From a virus (lineage: Duplodnaviria > Heunggongvirae > Uroviricota > Caudoviricetes): a stretch of 64,000 nt of DNA. Under the pieces are notes generated by a model. That model searched no databases. It was not told where the DNA came from and saw only the letters and a program-made list of their open reading frames with translations. This document shows positions 1 to 9,146 of this stretch, in pieces. The position numbers were made by a program, and so were the translations under genes. The stretch is from positions 7,179-71,178 of IMG/VR virus record IMGVR_UViG_3300022218_000001. One strand, written 5' to 3'. Numbering within the stretch: the first letter of the stretch is position 1; each line of letters opens with the position of its first letter.

Positions 1-414
1 TTGGACATCGCCGTAGCTACGCGGGACAGTGCGATGATTGCAATGATTCTTTCTATGACAGAGATTGGCCGGCTTTATTATGAGATCCACGGTGAGCCCT
101 TCAATAATGTATACCAACAACTTGCCGCAACAGCGCAGCTCGATGGTATTTTGACCGAAGACATCCGAGAAAAAGAGTTCCGCAACGATTGGCTGTACGA
201 CATGGATGTCCTCGTCGTACGAGCAAACGGACTGCTTCGTAGAGAGCTAATCAAAGGTTGGACCTATGAGATTGACATGCTCGATGATCCATTCGTCGAG
301 ACTGATGACATCATCCAGATAGACTCCCTTAAGTTCTACATCACCTCGATCCAAAAAAGGCTTAGTCGCCCAGGTGATGGCAGGATGCGCCTCACGGCAT
401 GGAGGCTCGCATGA
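1..414 (+). CDS. hypothetical protein (5' partial at window edge)
   Basis: ORF runs from window start; no recognisable motif. Confidence 0.35.
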   Translation: MDIAVATRDSAMIAMILSMTEIGRLYYEIHGEPFNNVYQQLAATAQLDGILTEDIREKEFRNDWLYDMDVLVVRANGLLRRELIKGWTYEIDMLDDPFVETDDIIQIDSLKFYITSIQKRLSRPGDGRMRLTAWRLA

Positions 415-1067
415 CACGAGAGTTCTCAATAATCAGGGAGATGGCCAGGCGTGAAGTCGAGCAGCACGCAAAACGGTTCATCGGTATCGTCGTAACAGAA
501 CCCCGCTTCACGACTGCTGATGATAACGGACTCACAGAATGGGTTTGTGACATTCGTGTCGGCGTCGAAGGTGGGTGGGCTGTAATCACAAATGTTCTTA
601 TCGCACAGTGGGCGCTCGGCGTAGTCACTGACATAAACATCCCGGTTCTCTGCGAAAGATCAGAGGCAGGGCGGGTGACAGTGGTGGCGCGTAGTGAGGT
701 CGCGCTGCCTGACATCCGCCTCGACACCTATACGTATGAAGAACTACGGTTCAATTTCATGCGGAACTTGGAAATCCTTGCAGATGGCTCAGTCGTTGAC
801 GGCTTCGGCTATGAGTTCGCCGGACCCGGGCATGTCCAAGTCGACGACTTGGATATCGAGCCGGAGGAGCAAGATGACGTTGTTGTCCCTGGCCTGAGTA
901 CGAAAGACGGCCCAAAGAACATTCGCCCTGTCTTCCGGAACGAGCTGATCGAGTGGGGCTCGACGGATTTTGAATACGGGATAACCCCATTCGGCGCACG
1001 TCACCAGTATTGGATCGGCGTGCGTCAGCCAAGGTTCGAAGTGCAGCTTCCAGAGCTGGAAGCTTAA
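411..1067 (+). CDS. hypothetical protein
   Basis: ATG at 411 overlaps upstream stop (ATGA); long ORF in coding-like composition; no motif recognised. Confidence 0.4.
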   Translation: MTREFSIIREMARREVEQHAKRFIGIVVTEPRFTTADDNGLTEWVCDIRVGVEGGWAVITNVLIAQWALGVVTDINIPVLCERSEAGRVTVVARSEVALPDIRLDTYTYEELRFNFMRNLEILADGSVVDGFGYEFAGPGHVQVDDLDIEPEEQDDVVVPGLSTKDGPKNIRPVFRNELIEWGSTDFEYGITPFGARHQYWIGVRQPRFEVQLPELEA

Positions 1068-1082
1068 AAAGGAGATAGAGAG

Positions 1083-2162
1083 ATGGCATTTCGCCGGCCA
1101 GCACTTTTTACGACGATTGACCCTCAGAAGTACGAGGACCAGATCAACGTTAATTTTAGCAAGATCGATGAGTCATTCGTGGCCATCCAGAACGACATTG
1201 CGGTCCTCCTCGGGCAGCAGACCACGAGTTATTCGAATCTTGCTTTCGTCGACAAGCTCCTGCTCCCAAACGGCCCGGTCGGGCATGATTCGTTTGAGCT
1301 TGACTGGCAGCAGGGAACCGATGGTGACTGGTCGGTGCAGCTCAACCGCTCGACTCCAGACGGGGTCCAGCAAGCCGTCGTCCAGAACCTCCTGCATGAA
1401 TTCCCGTCCAATGACAGGCCCATCCTGGACGTGAGCGCGGTTGCTCCAAACGGGGATGGGCCGCATCGCATGATTATCGGGCTCTCAAGCGAGGGAGCCC
1501 CGCAGATGAGGGCCTCTGTTGTTTCGAACGAGCAGCCCTTCTCGACAGACACAGAAGATACGGACTTCGTCGACTTGGTACTTTACGAGTTCGAGTACTC
1601 GGTCGAAACCGATGGTCCGCTTATCCGCAATGTCCGTCGTGTCGCGCAGCCGGTCATTTCGAACACTGCTTTCCAGCGGCATGAGAACATGGTCGAAACG
1701 CTGGAGCTAAGAATTCCAGGCATCTTGCAGGCAGATGACAGCGATGCCCCCAACTACTTCATTATGCCCTATGATTGCGAAGTCGTAGAGGCCTCTGCAA
1801 TGCTGAATATTGGGCCACAGGACAATGAAAACGTGGAGGTTGCCCTTTTCCGTTTTGGCTGGACCGAGTTCACCGCTAACGACAGGGCTGAGAATGTCCT
1901 TCGGCGGTCTTTCATTTGGGGAGCAGACACGGACGCTGGCCCCGCAGTCCAGGACGACGCATCCAGCTCCGATGGCGTTCAGGTAGTGCCTGGGCCGGCC
2001 GAGGGCCTCGTGCAGCTCGACAAGGACGATTACATCAACCTGCGATTTATACAGACGGACGGGATCATTAGTGGTAATTTCACAGATGCGCAGGCATCCG
2101 GCCTGACAATCCAGCTTCGCATTCGTAGAATCAGCCATGATTCCAGGAGATATCCGGAATGA
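1083..2162 (+). CDS. hypothetical protein (possibly virion/tail-associated)
   Basis: Strong RBS aaaggagatagagag before ATG 1083; 359 aa; no enzymatic motif. Confidence 0.45.
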   Translation: MAFRRPALFTTIDPQKYEDQINVNFSKIDESFVAIQNDIAVLLGQQTTSYSNLAFVDKLLLPNGPVGHDSFELDWQQGTDGDWSVQLNRSTPDGVQQAVVQNLLHEFPSNDRPILDVSAVAPNGDGPHRMIIGLSSEGAPQMRASVVSNEQPFSTDTEDTDFVDLVLYEFEYSVETDGPLIRNVRRVAQPVISNTAFQRHENMVETLELRIPGILQADDSDAPNYFIMPYDCEVVEASAMLNIGPQDNENVEVALFRFGWTEFTANDRAENVLRRSFIWGADTDAGPAVQDDASSSDGVQVVPGPAEGLVQLDKDDYINLRFIQTDGIISGNFTDAQASGLTIQLRIRRISHDSRRYPE

Positions 2163-2911
2163 CCAGAGTCACCCATGAGCCGGTAGTAAAGGTCGACCGG
2201 TTCCAATGGCAGCCGCTCGCAATCATCGGTGCTGGGCCAAGTTATGATCGAGACCTTGTTCAAAGGCTCATGAGCGCCGGCAAAGAAGTGAATGTCTTCG
2301 CGCTAAATCACACCATCTGCGAGCTTTTCCGCCACCCTCGGCACTGGTGGGTTTCCAACGACCACGACCGGACATTCGGCAATGTAAACATCGCCAAAGG
2401 CATCAAACCCCGCATCGCTAAGTACGCCCCATGGCGGACAATCACTCAGCGACTCTTCATCCCAGGAAGTTTCGGTGACCACATCTGGTTTGATGGACAT
2501 GGGAAAAGACAAAATCCGTTAAAGTTCCGCCTCCCCTGCCCCGATGGAACCCATGTCGCCTGGTACCTCGGCGGTCATGAGCGCAATGTGCAGGCCTACG
2601 GCTATGTCCGTAACGGCCATTCCGTACTGGAGTTGGCGCTGGAGGTAGCCACACTCTGGGGCTTTGACCCCATCTTTCTTTTTGGTTGCGACCTTCATCT
2701 TGAGACCCCGGAGACCTACTACGCGGATCCATTCCGCTGGAAAGAGACCCCTGCGAAGATTGTCCGGGGTAAGCTTCCAATTTCTCGCCGGTCTATTGCG
2801 GACAACCGGTGGCGTTGGCCAGAGAACATTTTTCATGTCTCTTCTTACTGGAAAGACAGCCCTTTTGAGACTGTCAGCATGGCAGAGGCGATTTCAAGGC
2901 TTTGCTTGTAG
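2159..2911 (+). CDS. MptE/DUF115-like (Maf-type) protein
   Basis: N-terminal IIGAGPS glycine loop and central ALEVATLWGFDPIFLFGCDLH motif, shared with five other paralogs in this window. Confidence 0.45.
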   Translation: MTRVTHEPVVKVDRFQWQPLAIIGAGPSYDRDLVQRLMSAGKEVNVFALNHTICELFRHPRHWWVSNDHDRTFGNVNIAKGIKPRIAKYAPWRTITQRLFIPGSFGDHIWFDGHGKRQNPLKFRLPCPDGTHVAWYLGGHERNVQAYGYVRNGHSVLELALEVATLWGFDPIFLFGCDLHLETPETYYADPFRWKETPAKIVRGKLPISRRSIADNRWRWPENIFHVSSYWKDSPFETVSMAEAISRLCL

Positions 2912-2921
2912 CAGGAATTCA

Positions 2922-3245
2922 ATGGGACGACAGAGAGAAAGTAATCTTGGCAGCCGGGTGGACAGGTGGCTCACAGCTCAGCCTGACATCTTCTTTTTCA
3001 ACGTCCATGGCCATGCAATGCAGAAGAAAGGTGTCCCAGATCGCGTCGGTAATTGTGGGCTCGTCGCGTTCTACATTGAGCTTAAAAATCCTGGTGAGCG
3101 CCTCAAGCCCATCCAGGAAGCTATCGCTCGGAAGATTCGCCGCAGTGGTGGAGAAGTGGCGTGCTGTGAGTCTCTTGTAGAGGTGCAGGATTTTATTCAA
3201 AAACTTCGCGCCTTAGCTCTTGACGGTGCGGGCTTCATCTTGTAA
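2922..3245 (+). CDS. VRR-NUC domain nuclease
   Basis: KGVPDRVGNCGLVAFYIELKNPGERLKPIQ...GGEV matches VRR-NUC signature; internal ATG 2922 right after upstream stop. Confidence 0.65.
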   Translation: MGRQRESNLGSRVDRWLTAQPDIFFFNVHGHAMQKKGVPDRVGNCGLVAFYIELKNPGERLKPIQEAIARKIRRSGGEVACCESLVEVQDFIQKLRALALDGAGFIL

Positions 3246-3305
3246 TCTCTCCCTCCCCAGCGCCGAATGGATCGGCGCCGAACCAATCGAGAGGGAGTAA
3301 AGAGA

Positions 3306-5057
3306 ATGCCGATCACCACCAACGGGATAGGCGTTGAGACACGCCGAGGACGTTTTTACTGCGACACACCATACGCCCTGAAGGATATCCTCAAAACCCT
3401 CCCTGGGCACCGTTGGCATAAGCAAGAGAAGATGTGGAGCTGGCCGGCAACTCCGCGAACTGTTAAGGCTCTTGACTTCCGCTTTTCTACGCACTCCAAA
3501 GACTACGGGGCAGATGAAACATTCCGGTATTTACTCAATTACGTCAAGGCCGGGAACTACTGTACCAATTGGCTCGAAGAAGGACTTGAGCTTCCTCCCA
3601 TCCCGAAAAGCCGCTATAATCTGAAGCATTGGCACTGCCAGCGACAAAGCTTTTGGCATGCAGTTGAGCGGTTCGGTGGGCTGAGCAAACATGCCCGTGG
3701 CGGTGCCACCCTCGAGCTTGACATGGGGTGCGGAAAGACTCGAGTCACGTACGATCTTATTTCAAATTTTCGCTGGTGGCGTACCCTCGTCGTCTGCCCC
3801 GCAAAGGTCATTCCAGCTTGGGAGAAGAATTATCGGCGATGGGCGTCTATCCAAATGAAGGTCGTCAATCTTCCAACAAAGTGGCGAATGCAGAAACGCG
3901 CCGATGCGATCCGGCAGTGCACGGAGTTCCAGAATACTCCTGTCGTTGTGGTCCTTAACTACGAATGCTTGGACCATGCTGTGATCCGTGACTGTCTAAA
4001 GGAAATTCGTTGGAATACAATTGTCCTCGATGAGGGCCATAGGGTTAAAGACCCAGGCGGCAAGCGATCAAAGTTCCTCGGTGGTGACCATCGCTCCGAT
4101 GGGCTCGGCGACCTGGCTGAATGCCGCCTGGAGCTTACAGGGACCTTTCTTCCGAACGGGCCACTTGATGCATATGGTCAGGCTCGGTTCATCGATGCAT
4201 CGCACTGGGGCTATAGCTTTGCAAGATACCGAGCGCAGTATGCTATCTTGGCGCCTGCTGGGCGGGACGGTCCTATGGTTGCGGTGAAGGGATACCAAAA
4301 CGAGGAAGACCTTGGGCGCCACCTTTCGGAGTTCTCAATCCAGGTCGATGCAGAGGATACAGAGCAAGATCTTCCTGGAGAGCATCATATTGACATCCCG
4401 GTTCACCTTGACGAGGCAGAGGCGAAGGCCTATAAGGCGATGGAGGATGACTTTGTTGTTTTCTTGTCTGATGACGAAGAGGTCACGGCCGCTAACGTTC
4501 TCGTAAAGATCGGGAAGCTCCAAGAGATCACCGGTGGTTTTCTCCGGAACCCAGAAACCAAATCACTGACAGCGGTCGGTGACTCCAAGGCTCAAGCGAT
4601 GAAAGAAAAAATGGAAGACTTGCCTCCAAACGAGCAGATTGTCGTCGCTTGTCGCTTGCGACCTGATCTCGACAAACTGGAGGCTATAGCAAAAGAGCTT
4701 GGGCGGGAGTACTACGAGGTCTCAGGTAGGAGGAACGATCTGGCTGCGTGGCAAGAGGCCAATGACAATGGAATCCTTGGCTCGCAGATTGCCGCAGCTA
4801 AAGAAGGCGTCGATCTTGGGATGTCGCGCTGGTGCTTCTTTTACTCGCTTGGCTACCAGCCTGGCGAGTTTCGTCAATTCAAGAAAAGGCAGAATCGCCC
4901 AGGAGAGACCGGGGAAAAGAGGTGGGACCGAATCAATTATTTCCACCTGGTTGCCCAGGAAACCGTAGATGAAGACATTTACGATGCAATCACAACAAAG
5001 GGCAATGTGATTGACTTCGTCAAGCGAGTTGCGAAAAGAGGTCGAGGAGAGCTATGA
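3306..5057 (+). CDS. SNF2-family DEAD/DEAH helicase
   Basis: Motif I DMGCGKTRV, motif II VLDEGHRVKD, motif III LELTGTFLPNGPLD, C-terminal helicase motifs; RBS agggag before ATG 3306. Confidence 0.8.
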   Translation: MPITTNGIGVETRRGRFYCDTPYALKDILKTLPGHRWHKQEKMWSWPATPRTVKALDFRFSTHSKDYGADETFRYLLNYVKAGNYCTNWLEEGLELPPIPKSRYNLKHWHCQRQSFWHAVERFGGLSKHARGGATLELDMGCGKTRVTYDLISNFRWWRTLVVCPAKVIPAWEKNYRRWASIQMKVVNLPTKWRMQKRADAIRQCTEFQNTPVVVVLNYECLDHAVIRDCLKEIRWNTIVLDEGHRVKDPGGKRSKFLGGDHRSDGLGDLAECRLELTGTFLPNGPLDAYGQARFIDASHWGYSFARYRAQYAILAPAGRDGPMVAVKGYQNEEDLGRHLSEFSIQVDAEDTEQDLPGEHHIDIPVHLDEAEAKAYKAMEDDFVVFLSDDEEVTAANVLVKIGKLQEITGGFLRNPETKSLTAVGDSKAQAMKEKMEDLPPNEQIVVACRLRPDLDKLEAIAKELGREYYEVSGRRNDLAAWQEANDNGILGSQIAAAKEGVDLGMSRWCFFYSLGYQPGEFRQFKKRQNRPGETGEKRWDRINYFHLVAQETVDEDIYDAITTKGNVIDFVKRVAKRGRGEL

Positions 5058-5311
5058 CGATGAGCGAATGGGAGGCGCAAAACCCAATCGTCCGGTGGAG
5101 GGCAAGCAAGAAAAAAAGCCAGCAGGATGTGGCTGTGGCGACTGACAGCTCTAACTCCCTTGTCCGCGACTGGGAAAAAGGCCGGGTGTTCCCGAGCTGG
5201 GTAAAGGTAGAAGCCTTGGCTGCGCTGATGGAGCGCAACGCTGCCAAGCTGGAACATACGCTCCGACTATGGTGGCTCGGGAGACCAGAGCCGCAGGAGG
5301 TGACTGCATGA
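5054..5311 (+). CDS. XRE-family helix-turn-helix transcriptional regulator
   Basis: SQQDVAVATDSSNSLVRDWEKGRVFPS resembles HTH_3 helix-turn-helix. Confidence 0.5.
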   Translation: MTMSEWEAQNPIVRWRASKKKSQQDVAVATDSSNSLVRDWEKGRVFPSWVKVEALAALMERNAAKLEHTLRLWWLGRPEPQEVTA

Positions 5312-5859
5312 TGGCTGATTGTGACAATGGAGAGCCGACCCTTGCTGGCTCTGTCGATCTGGCTCTCTGCCGGGAGTTGGCAGATTTAGAAAAGGAGAAG
5401 ACGCTCTTAGAAGAGAGGGAGAAGCTCGTCAAGAAGAAGATCGAAGCTTTGTGGTCGAGGCTGTACCCTCAGCTTGTTGGCCGCAAGGCTCAGCATCTCG
5501 AGGATGGAATACGGCTTCAGCCGAAGCGGTCCATCCTGGTGTCGAAGAAGAAAGGCATCTCCACTGAAGAGGCGGTAGAGGCACTCAGGGCCAGCGATGA
5601 TCTTTCTTGGCTCATCCGTGAAGACTACCAAAGTGGGAAGCTCCGCGAGCACGTAGCTGAATTAGACAAGGCCGCCCAGGAGGCCGGCGACATACCAGAT
5701 ACCCCATCGGACCTTCTCCCAGAGGAGTTGGCGCCGTACTTCCAGGTGTTAGAGAAGACCGCCGTTGTTGTGTACGGCGTTAAACAGAAGGCGAAGGCCA
5801 TAGTGGCCGCTGAAGAAAAACGAAAGGATGAGGACCGTGGCGAAAGAAAAGCCGACTGA
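5308..5859 (+). CDS. hypothetical coiled-coil protein
   Basis: RBS caggagg; ATGATG start overlapping previous stop; Lys/Glu-rich heptads. Confidence 0.4.
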   Translation: MMADCDNGEPTLAGSVDLALCRELADLEKEKTLLEEREKLVKKKIEALWSRLYPQLVGRKAQHLEDGIRLQPKRSILVSKKKGISTEEAVEALRASDDLSWLIREDYQSGKLREHVAELDKAAQEAGDIPDTPSDLLPEELAPYFQVLEKTAVVVYGVKQKAKAIVAAEEKRKDEDRGERKAD

Positions 5860-6685
5860 AACCCTGCCTGCAACCATTCAGGACTCACCGTACGCAGTAG
5901 TGAAGGCTGACCCAGAGAGAGTCAGGGATATCATCTCATTGAACCTTGGCGGAAAGGAGATCACGCCATTTAAGCTTGACAGAATCCGGATCCCCGATGG
6001 CCAATCGGACTTCTGGACTGTCCCTACACTGGATGGCTCAGAGCCAGTCAAGGAGCTTAGCGGAATTATTGTTCACAAAAAGGACATGCGAGCATGGTGG
6101 CCTGACATAGATCCGAGTGGCAAACCTCCGAACTGTAAGAGCGACGATGCGATTAGCGGCGTTGGTATCCGCACTGTCGGAGAGCACTACCCAAACGACA
6201 AGGCCGATAATGTTCATTCATGCCGAATGTGCAAGTTCTCCGATTACGAAACTGACCCCAAGGGGCGAAAGGGTCAGTGGTGTAAGGAGATGCGGGCTGT
6301 CTTCATTCTCCGCGAGAAGACGTTCCTCCCTACGGTCTTATTCCTTCCACCAACATCCCTTGGAAACTTCGACGATTATCTCCTTCGCCTGGCAACCTAC
6401 GGCATGCCATTTAACCGTCTGGTTGTTGCCTTCGAGCTTGCAAAAGACAAGAACGACAAAGGCGACATGTACAACAAGTGCACCATCAAGAAGTTCCGCG
6501 AGCTTACCGAGCCTGAATTCGGTGTTATCCGTTCCTACACCGAACAGATCCGTCCAGCCTTGGACAAGGTGAAGCTCGAGGCGGACGACTACAATACGCA
6601 AGCCCACGGCGCGCAGAAAGGAAGCACGGTCAAAAAGCCCGAGACCGGCGACAAAGAAGAGGTGGTAGCTTCAAACGACCCTTGA
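5828..6685 (+). CDS. hypothetical protein with CxxC zinc-ribbon
   Basis: CRMCKFSDYETDPKGRKGQWC motif; sits in replication module. Confidence 0.4.
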   Translation: MRTVAKEKPTETLPATIQDSPYAVVKADPERVRDIISLNLGGKEITPFKLDRIRIPDGQSDFWTVPTLDGSEPVKELSGIIVHKKDMRAWWPDIDPSGKPPNCKSDDAISGVGIRTVGEHYPNDKADNVHSCRMCKFSDYETDPKGRKGQWCKEMRAVFILREKTFLPTVLFLPPTSLGNFDDYLLRLATYGMPFNRLVVAFELAKDKNDKGDMYNKCTIKKFRELTEPEFGVIRSYTEQIRPALDKVKLEADDYNTQAHGAQKGSTVKKPETGDKEEVVASNDP

Positions 6686-6760
6686 TCTGATGGTGGTGGC
6701 GGCTCGGCGTTAGGAATAACGCCGGGTCGTTTTTTTGCTTTAGAGAGGAGGTGAAGGGTC

Positions 6761-8833
6761 ATGCTGGAACGTGCACTGGAGCTATTACAGGGGGGGCTTT
6801 CCATTCTTCCTGTGAAGGCAGATGGCACAAAAGCGCCAGCGATCCGCACCTTCGATCAGTTCAAGACCGAGCGGCGCGCAACAGAGCAAGAAGTCCGAGA
6901 GTGGTATGCGGACGGAGAAGAGAAGGGCGTTGGGGTTCTCTGCGGACGCCTGTCTGGGAACCTTGTTGTACTCGACTTCGAAACAAAGGCCGTCTTCGCT
7001 GCATGGGCTGAACTGACCGAAGGGGAGATCGAGGACTGGGGTGAGCTGCCCTGCGTAAACAGCCCGAGGGGTGTCCACATCTATGCAAGGCTCCCTGAGC
7101 CCATCCCGGGAAGGCGCTTGGCCACAGAGTTCATAGAAGAAGAAGACAAGGACACAGGGAAGAAGGTTCAAAAGCGTCAGACTCTTATCGAGTTCCGAGG
7201 CGATGGGCAATACGTTGTCGGGCCGGGCTCGCCTGGAGGTTGCCACCCATCTGGTATTGGCTGGGTGCTGCGGGGCGGGGTGGATGTCTTTGAGACTCCA
7301 GAAATATCGATGCGGGACTGGAATGTGCTCTGTCGTGTGGCCATGTCATTCAACCAGGCGCCCGAGTCTGCGCACATCGTTACTGGGATGGCGAAGATCT
7401 CAAAAGACGATGTCCGCCCGGGGACAGATTACTGCTATCGTAGTGGTCTGTCTGATTGGAGGGAGCTTCTGGAGCGCCACGGCTGGGAGTGTATCCGGGA
7501 AGACCGCAACGGGCGTCAAATCTGGAAGCGGCCCGGAAAAGAGGAGCCTGGGGGCTCTGCCACGCTGGGCTTCTGCACGACTGACCTTGGGCTCGTCCTT
7601 TATGTCTTCTCGACTAACGCCGACCCGTTCCGTGAAGATCGAGCGTACAACATTTTCTCTGCCCGCGCGCTTCTTGAGTTCGACGGGAATTACTCTGACA
7701 CTTCCAGGGCTCTTCAGAAAGAAGGCTACGGAGAGGCTGCGCGCGAGGAAATTCGGAACGAAGTTAAAGCCCAGATTGACAAGTTGAAGACCCTCAAGGG
7801 CGAGGACGCTCTCGGCATGCAAGACCAGATCGATAACTGGTGTGCTGCCTCTCGCAAGTTCAAAGAGCTATGGGAGCGGAAGCGGAAGGACATTGGGGAG
7901 GACATTCATCGTTATGAGATTTGTCTTCTCCTCTTTGCCTACCAGAAGCTTGGCACCCCGGATGAGTCTGGTATCGTCAAGGGGCTCCGCATCGTGCGAT
8001 TGTGGCGAGAGAAATACGACGAGGATCCAGACCAGATCTTCGATGCGGACTACGCTTCGCGGAAGATAGAATGGATTTTGAATCGGCCAGATAGGAAGGA
8101 TGAGGGTGACATCCTCCGTGAGCATGAGGCAGAAAAGGCCGGGAAGACTCCAGACAGCCGCTTTGCCTGGCTTTCCATGCGCCTGGGCTTTCCGGTAAAG
8201 CGATTTGTCCAGGTAGGTCCAAACCGCAAGGAGGCGACTTACTATTTCGTGACTGAGCATCGCCGCTGGATCCATCTTGGAACGATAGATGACGTGGAGG
8301 ACGTGAAGCGGTGCCAAGGGGCTGTCCGGGCCGATGTGGATGAGGATGGGGACGGTGTTCCTGGGTTTTCCGGAGCCTTCCGAGAGGAAGTTCGCACCCG
8401 GGTGAGCTGGGAGGGGATCCTTGCGGTGCTTTTTGACTGCCGGAAGGAGACGAGAATCCGTGAGGTGGAGGACGCCAGTGGCCGAAAGCACTCGGTCCTT
8501 GGTTGGGTTGAGGAGTACTGTGAGTCGAAAGGGGCCTACGGACAAACCGAAGAGGACCAAGTCAAGGCGGCAATCAGGGGCCATCGTCCATACCTTGAGG
8601 ACGCTTCGGTGTGCGTCCAGCTCGAGCAGTTCCAGGAATTTGTCCGCAATGCCCGGGGGCAGCGATTCACCGATATCTCGATGCGGGATCTCTTTCGTGC
8701 CGCTGGAATGAAGAAATTCAAGAAGAACATCCGGGTCGATGGGAAGCAGGTCTCACGCCACTATTGGCGCATCCCACTGTCGAGGCTTCCGTCGAACTCG
8801 GGCAATGGAACCGAACCGGAATCAGCCAGATGA
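6761..8833 (+). CDS. bifunctional primase-polymerase (Prim-Pol N-terminal domain) protein
   Basis: N-terminus LSILPVKADGTKAPAIRTFDQF...GVGVLCGRLSGNLVVLDFE matches Prim-Pol domain signature; 690 aa. Confidence 0.7.
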   Translation: MLERALELLQGGLSILPVKADGTKAPAIRTFDQFKTERRATEQEVREWYADGEEKGVGVLCGRLSGNLVVLDFETKAVFAAWAELTEGEIEDWGELPCVNSPRGVHIYARLPEPIPGRRLATEFIEEEDKDTGKKVQKRQTLIEFRGDGQYVVGPGSPGGCHPSGIGWVLRGGVDVFETPEISMRDWNVLCRVAMSFNQAPESAHIVTGMAKISKDDVRPGTDYCYRSGLSDWRELLERHGWECIREDRNGRQIWKRPGKEEPGGSATLGFCTTDLGLVLYVFSTNADPFREDRAYNIFSARALLEFDGNYSDTSRALQKEGYGEAAREEIRNEVKAQIDKLKTLKGEDALGMQDQIDNWCAASRKFKELWERKRKDIGEDIHRYEICLLLFAYQKLGTPDESGIVKGLRIVRLWREKYDEDPDQIFDADYASRKIEWILNRPDRKDEGDILREHEAEKAGKTPDSRFAWLSMRLGFPVKRFVQVGPNRKEATYYFVTEHRRWIHLGTIDDVEDVKRCQGAVRADVDEDGDGVPGFSGAFREEVRTRVSWEGILAVLFDCRKETRIREVEDASGRKHSVLGWVEEYCESKGAYGQTEEDQVKAAIRGHRPYLEDASVCVQLEQFQEFVRNARGQRFTDISMRDLFRAAGMKKFKKNIRVDGKQVSRHYWRIPLSRLPSNSGNGTEPESAR

Positions 8834-9146
8834 GTTCGCGAACCTGGAGCTTAGTTCGCGAACCAGGACACCGAACCCCTGACACGCCAAAGTTACTGGC
8901 CTATATTACATGTCTCCGGAAAAAAACTTTCTAAGAAAAAAAATCTCCACAGGGTGGCAGCGGCAGCAATGACACTTAAGCCGAGTACTCATTTTAGTTT
9001 ATCGGTGTTACCGGGTGCTGGCAGCGGTGGCAGCAGGGAACAGTTAACCGGTTTCGCTATGGGTATTTACGGCATGAGAGATTGCGTGAGTGCTGCCACC
9101 TTCCCAAAATGTAGCATGGAGCGACATTTAACGAAGCGGACAAAAA

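Noticed and set aside
757-1104. Arg/Ser-rich antisense ORFs (for example 757..1104-, 10558..11127-, 36645..37427-, 9519..10289-, 20291..20698-)
   Set aside because: These are typical spurious open frames on the opposite strand of GC-rich genes. They are low-complexity, lack an RBS and are fully embedded in better-supported genes.
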